Assembly: GCA_010093745.1 (NCBI GenBank)
Contig: MU005968.1
Coordinates: 62,001 to 126,000 of the forward strand
Origin: Piedraia hortae CBS 480.64
Lineage: Eukaryota
Length of the DNA: 64,000 nucleotides
Reading direction: 5' to 3'
Position 1 is the stretch's first letter. Each line of letters begins with the position of its first letter. Positions 1 to 8,781 of this stretch are shown in pieces. Under the pieces are notes generated by a model. The model was not told where the DNA came from and did no database searches. It saw only the letters and a list, made by a program, of their open reading frames with translations. Position numbers and translations under genes: made by a program.

Positions 1-937
1 TAAATCGCTAGGGCAATCTTTAAGAAAAGCTAGAGGATTTAACCACATTGGGAAGGTTGTTAGCCCATTTCGGTAAAGTACCGCGGAAGGGCCCGTACAC
101 GCTATCTGATTGGCTGTCTGATGTTCCTCTCTCGCACCCTCTGGAGCAGGGTTGTTGAGAAAGTGAATAGGAATAAATAATGGGGCTTCCAAGCACAACC
201 TCAGGCATCAAGGGCCGGCCCGATCCTGTAAATTACTGAAAATTGCTTGTTGAAAAAGTCTGTTTGGATTACATCAGCAATTCCGCGTAATTTCAGATCG
301 GATCGATCTGTGATGCCTGAAGAAGATGCCTGAATGCCCCACTATTTATTCCTATTTACTTTCTTAACAGCCCTGCTCTGGAGACTCTCATGCAGGCTCT
401 CCATTGGAGAGCCTGCATATTCCAACCCTCTCAACCTCAGGCTTAATTCTTCACGAACAGAAGGAAGTATACTTCGAATCCTAGATACCTACCGGGCGAA
501 CAGGTAGTTGATCAATTGAACGAGCAACACAGCCTGTGGTACGCGCGGATGTGGGAGGAGAGCTAGATTGCCAGTCCCGAGCAAGCATAAACATCTGTAG
601 CTTCTGCGGGCGCAATGTACGGGAGGCATTGGCACAGCTACGAACCGAAACGCAAGCCTTGCGTGAAGAATCGCTCTTGGAGCCCCTACATTGACCTCGA
701 GGGCCAGAACAGGCCGACGATACCTGAGACGTCGGATTTTTGGTATCCCGGAGCCTATCTGCTTGCCTTGTGGGTGAATTTACGTGATTCAGGCTCGAAT
801 TTAGGCACTGGCTACAGCAACTGACAAAAAGGTGAAGATGGTACGGGTCATTCCGTGACACCATTCCAGAATTAGTTAGCGACTTTTTAAATGCCGTTAG
901 ATTCCAAAGCTTTTTCTAAAGATTACCCTAGAGATCT
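1..937. mobile_element. Nested foldback / MITE-like element (probably continues left of the window)
   Basis: The reverse complement of 1-98 aligns with 841-937 (gtacgg...agcttttt.taaagatt.ccctag). Inner arms 139-210 and 311-383 (ccccactatttattcctatt.actttct.aac) and ~220-250 and ~275-301 also pair. No credible ORF. Confidence 0.65.
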
Positions 938-1040
938 CGGGTTTGCAGAATCGGTCAATTCCTGCAGGGACGCAAGGGCTGGCAGACGGCTTAGGGTTAG
1001 GATCGCGACTCATTCGCATGAACAACATCACCTGGAGCCA

Positions 1041-1373
1041 ATGTCGTCCACGCCGCTCCACCAGCTTTGGGAGGCCTCAGCCAACCAGCCCTTCCAGCCT
1101 ACAGTTGGCAAATCTGCCCAGTTTTCTGTTGCCTTTACACTCCTCGCCCTAGGCTTTCTACTGACAAGTCTATTCGGCCTGAGTAAGAGCAGTCGTACCG
1201 TTACAAGACGACAGTGCTGACGGACAGACCTTTCGCTCAAAAACGTTCCCCTCTATGGAATCCCCGCTTCTCTCGCTATTGGGTAATGAAACTCTTATGG
1301 TATGTTAACAGGGCTGACAGACGTTAGATTTGGTGCAGTTTATATGATTTGCGCCGTGGGCGTGTACGTGTAG
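1041..1373 (+). CDS. OST5: Oligosaccharyltransferase subunit OST5, 80 aa; exons 1041-1182, 1228-1282, 1328-1373
   Basis: Two 45-nt GT..GCTGAC..AG introns give MSSTPLHQLW...TVGKSAQFSVAFTLL...GIPASLAIGFGAVYMICAVGVYV*. It has two hydrophobic segments and the family-typical GVYV C-terminus. Confidence 0.88.
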
Positions 1374-1384
1374 AAGACAATACA

Positions 1385-2338
1385 ATGGCCCTATTTTCCG
1401 CCGTGTTTCCATCTGCACGCCAGCTGCTCGTACTTCTCCGTTGCATCTCCTTTGCGAAGAATGTGCAGGTTCACATTTCTGCCCAGGGCCTGCGGTTCAG
1501 CAGTTCTGACGGGAGCGTGATGGAGGCGTCGATATTCATCGACAGTTCGTTATTTACAAGCTACAACTACCAGGCTGCTGCTTCATCGCAAGATCCGCCA
1601 GTGTTTGAGATAAATACATTATCGCTCATGGAGACGCTGAATATATTCAGTCTGTCTGATCCGAGTGCGACGAAGCGGGCGACTTACGACATAATGTCTG
1701 CCCAGCGAATGAGTCGCCAGGTCAATGCATTTTCTACGCAATCTGCGGGCGTCATAGGCGTGTGCACATTCAGCTACGACGGTGAAGGGCGGCCGCTGCG
1801 GCTTCAGATGGCTGAGACGGGCGTCAGCACCACGTGCGATCTGACGACGTATGAAGCTGCTACTACAGAGGAGATTCCTTTTGACCGCAACGCTTTGGCC
1901 CTTAAGACGATTATGCGAGCGTCGGATTTATTGGAGGCTGTGAATGAACTGACGTCAATGAATCCCCCAAGCGTAACCATCGTTGGCTCGCCTTTTTCGA
2001 GCTCCGAGCCTGATTTATCCGTTTCAGCTACGGGCGCGTATGGCTCGGCGACGGTGACGTTCAGGTCGGATAACAGTGTGTCTGAGACGCCATGTCTTGA
2101 GATGTTCTACTGTCCTACGGGCGCGCGCGCGAGTTTCAGCGCCAACTTAATCAAGGCGTCGCAGCGGGCCATGGCGTCTGCATTGAAAGCCTCGTTGAGA
2201 CTGGATGTGGAGGGCGTGCTCAGTCTGCAGTTTCTCCTTCAGCTCGACCCTGGGTCTAGTGAGAACGGAGAGACTGTTACTTTCGTTGACTTTCGTCTTG
2301 TTCCACTAGTTGAAGACGAGGATGTGGGGGAGTTATAG
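1385..2338 (+). CDS. rad1: 9-1-1 checkpoint clamp subunit, Rad1/Rec1/Rad17 family
   Basis: MALFSAV..ARQL..LLRCISF...V.IS..GLRF N-terminus, TTCDLTTYE, and C-terminal ASLR.D..GVLSLQFL / FVDFRLVP motifs. First ATG is at 1385; intronless. Confidence 0.85.
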   Translation: MALFSAVFPSARQLLVLLRCISFAKNVQVHISAQGLRFSSSDGSVMEASIFIDSSLFTSYNYQAAASSQDPPVFEINTLSLMETLNIFSLSDPSATKRATYDIMSAQRMSRQVNAFSTQSAGVIGVCTFSYDGEGRPLRLQMAETGVSTTCDLTTYEAATTEEIPFDRNALALKTIMRASDLLEAVNELTSMNPPSVTIVGSPFSSSEPDLSVSATGAYGSATVTFRSDNSVSETPCLEMFYCPTGARASFSANLIKASQRAMASALKASLRLDVEGVLSLQFLLQLDPGSSENGETVTFVDFRLVPLVEDEDVGEL

Positions 2339-2490
2339 CGTGAGCCAATGTACAATCATCAAGACGTTGAGAAGCCGTCAATGGCATTCCTGTGACAGTT
2401 TGACGTGGACCCACTTCCCCGGATTCCATCCACACGGCTCCACCCGCCGCGACGTCAAACGTCAACAACATCCGCCAGGAGGCGACCAGC

Positions 2491-3780
2491 ATGGCGACCG
2501 CCGCGACCGCTAACGGACACCCAACCCTCTCGCTCGGCATCAAGCGGTCCAACTCCGCGACCCCCTCTCCCACTCGCTCCCCCAAACGCGCGCGCACCTC
2601 AGAGCCCCCAATCAAAACCCCTCACCCCCAAACCGTCCCCTTCCCCGAGAAACCCGCCGTTCTCGAAGAACGCACGGGCGAAATAACCTTCCAAGTCGTC
2701 AACAACGACAACACTCCCCATTCCATCATGATCTTATCAGGCCTCAAAACAATCTTCCAAAAACAACTGCCCAAGATGCCAAAAGAGTACATCGCCCGCC
2801 TCGTCTACGATCGTACCCATCTCAGCATGGCGATCGTAAAACGCCCTCCATCTGGAAGCCACGCGGCATCCTCCTCCCTCCCTGGCGAGGTCGTGGGGGG
2901 GATAACCTACCGCCCCTTCCGCGGCCGGGGTTTCGCTGAGATCGTCTTCTGCGCAATCAGCAGCGACCAGCAAGTCAAAGGCTACGGCGCGCATCTAATG
3001 AGCCATCTAAAGGACTACGTCCGCTCTACCTCCGACGTAATGCACTTCCTCACCTACGCGGACAACTACGCGATCGGCTACTTCAAAAAGCAAGGTTTCA
3101 CGAAAGAAATCACCCTCGACAGAAAGAAATGGATGGGTTATATCAAAGACTACGAGGGTGGGACGATTATGCAGTGCTCTATGCTTCCTATCGTCCGCTA
3201 TTTAGAAGTTGGGAGGATGCTCCTGAAGCAGAAAGCAGCCGTCTACGCGAAGATGCGCGCCGTCAGCAAAAGTCACGAACTCCACCCCCCTCCAGATGCT
3301 TGGCGACGGGTGAAACCCGGCCTCCCCCTTCCGGTCATAGACCCCATCTCCATCCCCGCCATCAAGGCCACAGGCTGGAGCAAAGAAATGGATACCCTCG
3401 CACGCCAACCCCGCCGGAGTCCATCCCATTCCCTTCTCGTTGGCCTCTTAAGCGCCCTACAAACCTGCTCGGCCGCGTGGCCTTTCCTCCAGCCCGTGAA
3501 CGCGGATGAGGTGCATGATTACTATGATGTCATTAAACAACCCATGGATCTGGCGACCATGGAGACCAAGCTGGAGAAGGATCAGTATGAGGTTGTGGAG
3601 GATTTTATTAGGGATGTGTTGCTTATTGTGAGAAATTGTAGGAAATATAATGCGGAAACTACGACTTATGCGAAAGCGGCAGTTAAGTTGGAGAAGGAGT
3701 TGTGGAGGAGGGTTAGAGAAGTGCCCGAGTGGTTGTATATTGAACAGGAGGGATTTGAGGGGACGGGGAGAGAGGGGTAG
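2491..3780 (+). CDS. GCN5: Histone acetyltransferase GCN5 (GNAT + bromodomain)
   Basis: [62 protein letters not shown]; bromodomain AWPF.QPV....V.DYY.VIK.PMDL. Confidence 0.96.
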   Translation: MATAATANGHPTLSLGIKRSNSATPSPTRSPKRARTSEPPIKTPHPQTVPFPEKPAVLEERTGEITFQVVNNDNTPHSIMILSGLKTIFQKQLPKMPKEYIARLVYDRTHLSMAIVKRPPSGSHAASSSLPGEVVGGITYRPFRGRGFAEIVFCAISSDQQVKGYGAHLMSHLKDYVRSTSDVMHFLTYADNYAIGYFKKQGFTKEITLDRKKWMGYIKDYEGGTIMQCSMLPIVRYLEVGRMLLKQKAAVYAKMRAVSKSHELHPPPDAWRRVKPGLPLPVIDPISIPAIKATGWSKEMDTLARQPRRSPSHSLLVGLLSALQTCSAAWPFLQPVNADEVHDYYDVIKQPMDLATMETKLEKDQYEVVEDFIRDVLLIVRNCRKYNAETTTYAKAAVKLEKELWRRVREVPEWLYIEQEGFEGTGREG

Positions 3781-3807
3781 ACCACCGATTGCGGGGAGGG
3801 AAGGGAC

Positions 3808-4377
3808 CTAGGAGGGTTTGGTCCGTTTTGGTGGGGTTTGATCCTGACGGTGAGGTGAGCGGTGGGGGGATGTGGCCTGCGTTGACCGGTATAGAGGGAT
3901 TGGAGATGGTGTAGGCTTTGTGGTCTTGCCGTGCCCGTATCGGTTCGCTTTCGAGATCCCTTTCTCCTTTTTCGTTCTCTTATCCAGTTTCGTCCCCCCC
4001 TCCCCCTTCTCAGTCTCTTCATCAAGACACCCAACCCAAGCCGCAATTTCAGCTAAATGCCTCTCTGAACAGAGCACCTCCCCACCCCTTCTCTTCCGCA
4101 TGTAGTTCCCTCTTCGAGGGGATGAGGGGAACGTCCAGTCTTTGTCGCTATTGTCTTGATATGTTTCCGCGGAATCGTAACAGATTAGCGCTTCGCGCGA
4201 GAGGCGAGAGGTGGTTAGGTGGGTGCAGAGGAGGGTGAGAGTTTTGTCTTGTTTTTCGTGTTCTTCTTGGATTTCTGCTTGCACTTCTTCGAATTTTTCG
4301 TCTTGCTTTTCTTGTTTCGCTTCGTTGGTGGTTTGGGAGGGTTTCTCTTCTGTAAGGGGGGTCGTTTCTTTCGCCAT
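3808..4377 (-). CDS. Hypothetical protein (189 aa; acidic N-terminus, basic/proline C-terminus)
   Basis: ATG-initiated ORF filling the space between GCN5 and GH31, convergent with GCN5. No family recognised. Confidence 0.5.
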   Translation of the reverse strand: MAKETTPLTEEKPSQTTNEAKQEKQDEKFEEVQAEIQEEHEKQDKTLTLLCTHLTTSRLSREALICYDSAETYQDNSDKDWTFPSSPRRGNYMRKRRGGEVLCSERHLAEIAAWVGCLDEETEKGEGGTKLDKRTKKEKGISKANRYGHGKTTKPTPSPIPLYRSTQATSPHRSPHRQDQTPPKRTKPS

Positions 4378-4642
4378 TTTAACCTCTTTGTTGTTTTGAG
4401 CTGAGTATAGATTTCAGTTGCTCTCGGAGAGATAGTTATCTTGAACGGCCCGGGAATTTCTACTTTTAAAGAAAAGGGGTGACATGTAGTCACACTACCG
4501 ATCTCCTATCACTTACCCGAATCGGACAATTTCTTTTTCCCCACGGGGAAGTGTCATAGAGTCTAACTGACGTCAATTCGGTCATCGTAGGATCAACCAT
4601 CACCTAGACTTTTGAAATCCCTCAAGGCTATAAAAGAATAAA

Positions 4643-7624
4643 CTACTTTCTTGCCCTCTTACATCCCCAGGTCAATTTCCAATTCTTCTCCCACGCCGCA
4701 GGGACCTTCTTCTCGAGTCCGGTTACCGTCAATGACTTCATCTTCTTGTCGTAGTTGAAACTGTCTAGTTTGACACCATTCAATGTGACCGTCTTCGGCG
4801 CGGAGGCGACGCCCATGATTGTGATGTTTGCCAATGGATTACCATCGCGATAGGCACCCATAGCCCGCGCCTTGAGGATGCCCTTTCGAATCTTGAGATC
4901 AACGAGTCTTGTGGCGTTTGGGTTCAGGCTTTCGCCGTCGTCAATGTAGATTTCTCCACGGGCGGTGCCGTTGGTTGATAATGCGCAGAGTAGCGACCAT
5001 GGACTGTTGCGCGACTCGGTGGTTGTGTAGAGAGGTTCCTGCATGGGTAAGATTGACCCTCCACGTACAAATAAGGGAATTTGGCCAAGAGGAGCTGGAA
5101 TAGTCTTGTTCTCGCCAGGCGCCGCTTTGACAGCCTGCTTAGTGTACCAGTCATACCACACTTCGCCTTGTGCGACGCCTGGAAATACCCCCTTGGCCTC
5201 CTTCAGGCCTTGTCCCAAGACGGGCGTCACGAGCAATGACGGTCCAAGCAGGAATTGATTGTCGATGCCTGCTAGTGTTGGGTCAGTGGTGAATTCCCAG
5301 GCTAGAGCGCGCATCACGGTGCTGCCTGTTGTGTGCGCCTTCTGCAGAAGCGTGTACATGTACGGCAACAGGCTATATCGGATTTTCATGGCCTTTCGCG
5401 ACGCCTCGGCGACAGATTCCCATACATATGCCTCCTGCGGTATTGCTGATAGCACGTTGTGGTTGCGGTAAAAGGGGAAGAAGGCACTGAGTTGCATCCA
5501 GCGGTTACACAATTCTTCGTCAGAGTTTCCGCTGAATCCGCACGTGTCGACCCCAAACATGGGCACGCCAAAAAGACTATAGGTCAAGGCCTGGGATATG
5601 GAAAAGTACATGTGCGCGAACAAGGCCTCGTTATCGCCACCCCAGTGGCCCGACCACTTGCCAGCTCCTGCAAACGTTGATCGACCAATGATAAACGGCC
5701 GCTTGTCGGGAAAGACCTTCAACAAGCCTTCATACGTTGCGTGGAGCGTCATGCTGCCATAGAGGTTGTGGACGTCGTACTCCTCGGTCCCGTCGTGGTG
5801 CGTTGCATTCGGACTAAGCGCATGCACAGCCAAGTCTCCGTGGACATGATTGATGGCATAAGGAGGGTGGTTGACGTTGCGCTCCCACGGTATAACTGTG
5901 CTTGTGTGATACGGTATTGTCCTGCTACTGGTAGACGTAGCCGAAGCTTGCAAGGCCGAGGCTAAACTTGTAGATGCCGCTTCGGTCGCGTTTGTGAGAT
6001 TGAAGCCCTCTGGGTAGTCAAGGACTAAATTACCTGGTTCCCCTGGCAAATGAAACGGAGGATGCGCAGGGTTGAAGGAGAGATTCTTCGACCCACAGCT
6101 ACCAATGCAAAACGATGCCACCTCGTTCATGTCCAGCCAAATGCCATCCCATGGGATGTAATCATGGTGATCCTTCATAGAGTCCGCCCACCACGAGATC
6201 GCTTCGGGCTGGAACCAATCGGTAAACACCGTGTACCCAGGCCATACTGCCCCAATATAGACAGAGCCATCGGGATTCTTCATGTACAGGTCGCTCGCCT
6301 GGCCATTTGAATACACGTCATAGGCATCAGAGGCGTTGTCTGGGTTGGGAATGTAGATGGCGGCGTCCACAATCGGCACATAATGCTGATGGTTTGAGTG
6401 GAGTCGTTGAAGAAATGACTGACCAGCAGGAACTGGAAACGTGTTTGGATCATTTGTAAAGTCCCTGTACTGGAACATGGAGTCAATATCGGTCCAGATC
6501 GTCTCCAGAGGAATGTCAAAGGACCGATAAGTGTCAATGACCTCCTCCAACATGCTCCAGTTCTTGTAGCCCCATCTGCATTGGTGGAATCCCAGTGTCC
6601 AATATTGTTGCATGGCGGGCAGTCCAACAGCACCTGTCAGGTACTGTTTGGTGACAGCATCCTGCGTGGGACCGTCAAAGAAGTACAGATCAACCGTCCC
6701 CCCGAGCGTACGCCAAGTGAGGTCGGTTGATCGCAGCAAAACTTCATGAGCATGTGCATTGCGCAGATACACTCCATGAGTGAGGCTCTCATAGCTGCCA
6801 GCGGCACTGGCGTTCTGGGTGCTGACCAGCTTCCTGCCCTTGCCTTTGCCTTCAAAGTAGCGTGTCTCGTAGTAAATTGGATGAGTGCCATAGCTGTTGT
6901 AGTCGACGGGATTGCCTGCATCGGCATTGTACATGGTAGCGGTGTAGTTGTTCCCGAGTCTTAGGTCACGGAAGTGCTCCCCAAGCCCGTATATATTGTA
7001 ATCTGCTGGCAGTTTGGTCACAAACTCGATGAACTGATTCTCATAAACCAGCACGCTGCCTACGGTGTCGAACAAGACATCTCCAGTGGACTTTCTGATC
7101 ACGGAGAAGGAGAATGTGGGGTCGTTACTCCAATAGAAGCGCAAATCGGAACGCTGGTAAGAGTCGTACGATGAGTCAGATTTGGGGATATCAACCAGGT
7201 CATCGGGGAGGATGTATTGCGTTGCATTGGTCGCATCCAAGTGTGCCGGTTGAATTGCTACACGCAGACGGTGCTCGTCCTGCAGTTCGACCTCCAGAGT
7301 CAAGGCATCGATATCAGTGCCGTAAACATTACACGCCGGGCCGGCAAGGGTCAAGGTAGCCTCTACACCATTTGGAGTGATCTGGATATCGCTGGCTTTG
7401 TAACCGGGACATATATCCTGCGCCTGAACGGCCTTGGGGTCTAGGATATTGGGCAGGATGTGTGCTCCCACATCGGCCTCGACGGGAATGGTAAAAGGCA
7501 CACTGTAGCTGGTTGACGTGGCCTCCTTTACCGTGGCAGAAGGCGCGGATGTAATAGCCTGTCCGTAGACCACCGAGAACAAAGAGATAATCGAAAGCGA
7601 TCGGCCGTAGGTTAGTAGCACCAT
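4643..7624 (-). CDS. Secreted GH31 alpha-glucosidase (993 aa)
   Basis: Signal-peptide-like N-terminus; GFHQCRWGY, nucleophile motif WLDMNE, acid/base HWGGDN, RWMQLSAFFPFYRNHN, QFLLGPSLLVTPV; intronless. Confidence 0.95.
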   Translation of the reverse strand: MVLLTYGRSLSIISLFSVVYGQAITSAPSATVKEATSTSYSVPFTIPVEADVGAHILPNILDPKAVQAQDICPGYKASDIQITPNGVEATLTLAGPACNVYGTDIDALTLEVELQDEHRLRVAIQPAHLDATNATQYILPDDLVDIPKSDSSYDSYQRSDLRFYWSNDPTFSFSVIRKSTGDVLFDTVGSVLVYENQFIEFVTKLPADYNIYGLGEHFRDLRLGNNYTATMYNADAGNPVDYNSYGTHPIYYETRYFEGKGKGRKLVSTQNASAAGSYESLTHGVYLRNAHAHEVLLRSTDLTWRTLGGTVDLYFFDGPTQDAVTKQYLTGAVGLPAMQQYWTLGFHQCRWGYKNWSMLEEVIDTYRSFDIPLETIWTDIDSMFQYRDFTNDPNTFPVPAGQSFLQRLHSNHQHYVPIVDAAIYIPNPDNASDAYDVYSNGQASDLYMKNPDGSVYIGAVWPGYTVFTDWFQPEAISWWADSMKDHHDYIPWDGIWLDMNEVASFCIGSCGSKNLSFNPAHPPFHLPGEPGNLVLDYPEGFNLTNATEAASTSLASALQASATSTSSRTIPYHTSTVIPWERNVNHPPYAINHVHGDLAVHALSPNATHHDGTEEYDVHNLYGSMTLHATYEGLLKVFPDKRPFIIGRSTFAGAGKWSGHWGGDNEALFAHMYFSISQALTYSLFGVPMFGVDTCGFSGNSDEELCNRWMQLSAFFPFYRNHNVLSAIPQEAYVWESVAEASRKAMKIRYSLLPYMYTLLQKAHTTGSTVMRALAWEFTTDPTLAGIDNQFLLGPSLLVTPVLGQGLKEAKGVFPGVAQGEVWYDWYTKQAVKAAPGENKTIPAPLGQIPLFVRGGSILPMQEPLYTTTESRNSPWSLLCALSTNGTARGEIYIDDGESLNPNATRLVDLKIRKGILKARAMGAYRDGNPLANITIMGVASAPKTVTLNGVKLDSFNYDKKMKSLTVTGLEKKVPAAWEKNWKLTWGCKRARK

Positions 7625-7735
7625 GATAAGGAAGAAGAGACGAGAAGAGGAGAAAAAGACATGTGGCTGCCTGCTCCTACCTTAAGTAGCAGATCCATAT
7701 CATATGACTACCAGATAACTACGTCAATATGACTC

Positions 7736-7986
7736 CCCCGCTCCATGCCGTGTCCATGTTGATTACCATGCCTAGAGCATGGTAGCGGATCCCTCAAGCC
7801 ACGCCAGCGGCCGGGATTGGTCTAGTAGTCGAGTTTCGACTGCGGGGATCTGGGGAAGTCAATGGCTGCGCGATCATTTGACAGAAGATCGCGCCTATCA
7901 TCTCTCACTGAGGAGGTGAAGTTGAGATGGTTCCATTGACAATCCGGGGTTCTGTCACCCATGACGTCATCCATCATGTACCCCGC
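7736..7986. promoter_or_regulatory. Cluster of CreA/Cre1-type SYGGRG motifs upstream of the GH31 gene
   Basis: SYGGRG matches at 7736-7741(-), 7842-7847, 7850-7855, 7944-7949 and 7981-7986(-). The motif is short, so function is inferred from context only. Confidence 0.4.
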
Positions 7987-8781
7987 CTTGCCATCTACGT
8001 TCGCAGTTACATCTTCCGTGTTGAATTAGCCAGACATTGGAAGCAATATGGATGATCAAAGAATAAGAACACAGACTGAAACCAGTCGTTTGTCAATGTT
8101 TTTCCATCCATAACGCTTTTCGTGGCTTCAACGGTTACATATGTGCCAGACATCCTGCCGAGGTTCAACATCAAAAGGAGATCTGATCAAACCCATCGAT
8201 TGGAGACTTTTGACCTGCGTCAGGTGCAGGCCGAAACTGACATGGAGAAGAGCGGCCAGATATGTCCGGCGGCTTGGGTAAGATTCGAAAGTGTCGTCCA
8301 CTTGACACCAAGAACAGCATGTCTAGATGTGAGCCTCGGGTGAATCGTCTTTGTGCTGGATCCGGTTGACTCTGGAAATGACCACGGATCCGCTCAGACT
8401 GGCTGTCCATCTATCGCTTCAAGCGATTGAAGTCTGACTCACTTAGCATTGGAATTGTCCTAGGCAGTTTTGGCTGTTGCGCAAGTTGAGAGCTCCAGAC
8501 TCAACACACTGACATAGTATACTGGCAATATGAACAAAACTGTCAGTCATACTGATTGTGCCGTAACTAATATGGCTCTAGGCGCTCTCAAACACCTGCA
8601 TTGCCAGTAAAATGCGTAGCATGTCTAAGGAGAACGAGTTGTGGTGCAAATAGAAACAAGGCTGAAGGATTAGATAGCGCAACTGCTCGGGCAACATGGT
8701 GTGGCTATGCAATCTCTCCCCGACTGGCACAAATATCCCAGGTTGGCTTCGTGTTCGTAAGCTCTCGTGCGCAACGCCGGC

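Noticed and set aside
991..1001. Interstitial telomere
   Set aside because: Under two repeat units; kept only as a possible telobox.
891..1220. 109-aa ORF in the track
   Set aside because: Only its 3' part (from ATG 1041) is OST5 exon 1; the rest is upstream repeat and intron.
1349..1384. TTG start for Rad1, and similar TTG/GTG-started extensions for NIK1, the C2 gene and ROK1
   Set aside because: Eukaryotic locus; downstream ATGs coincide with family-typical N-termini.
1371..1387. Stop-codon readthrough from OST5 into Rad1
   Set aside because: The spacer is 11 nt, so simple readthrough is out of frame.
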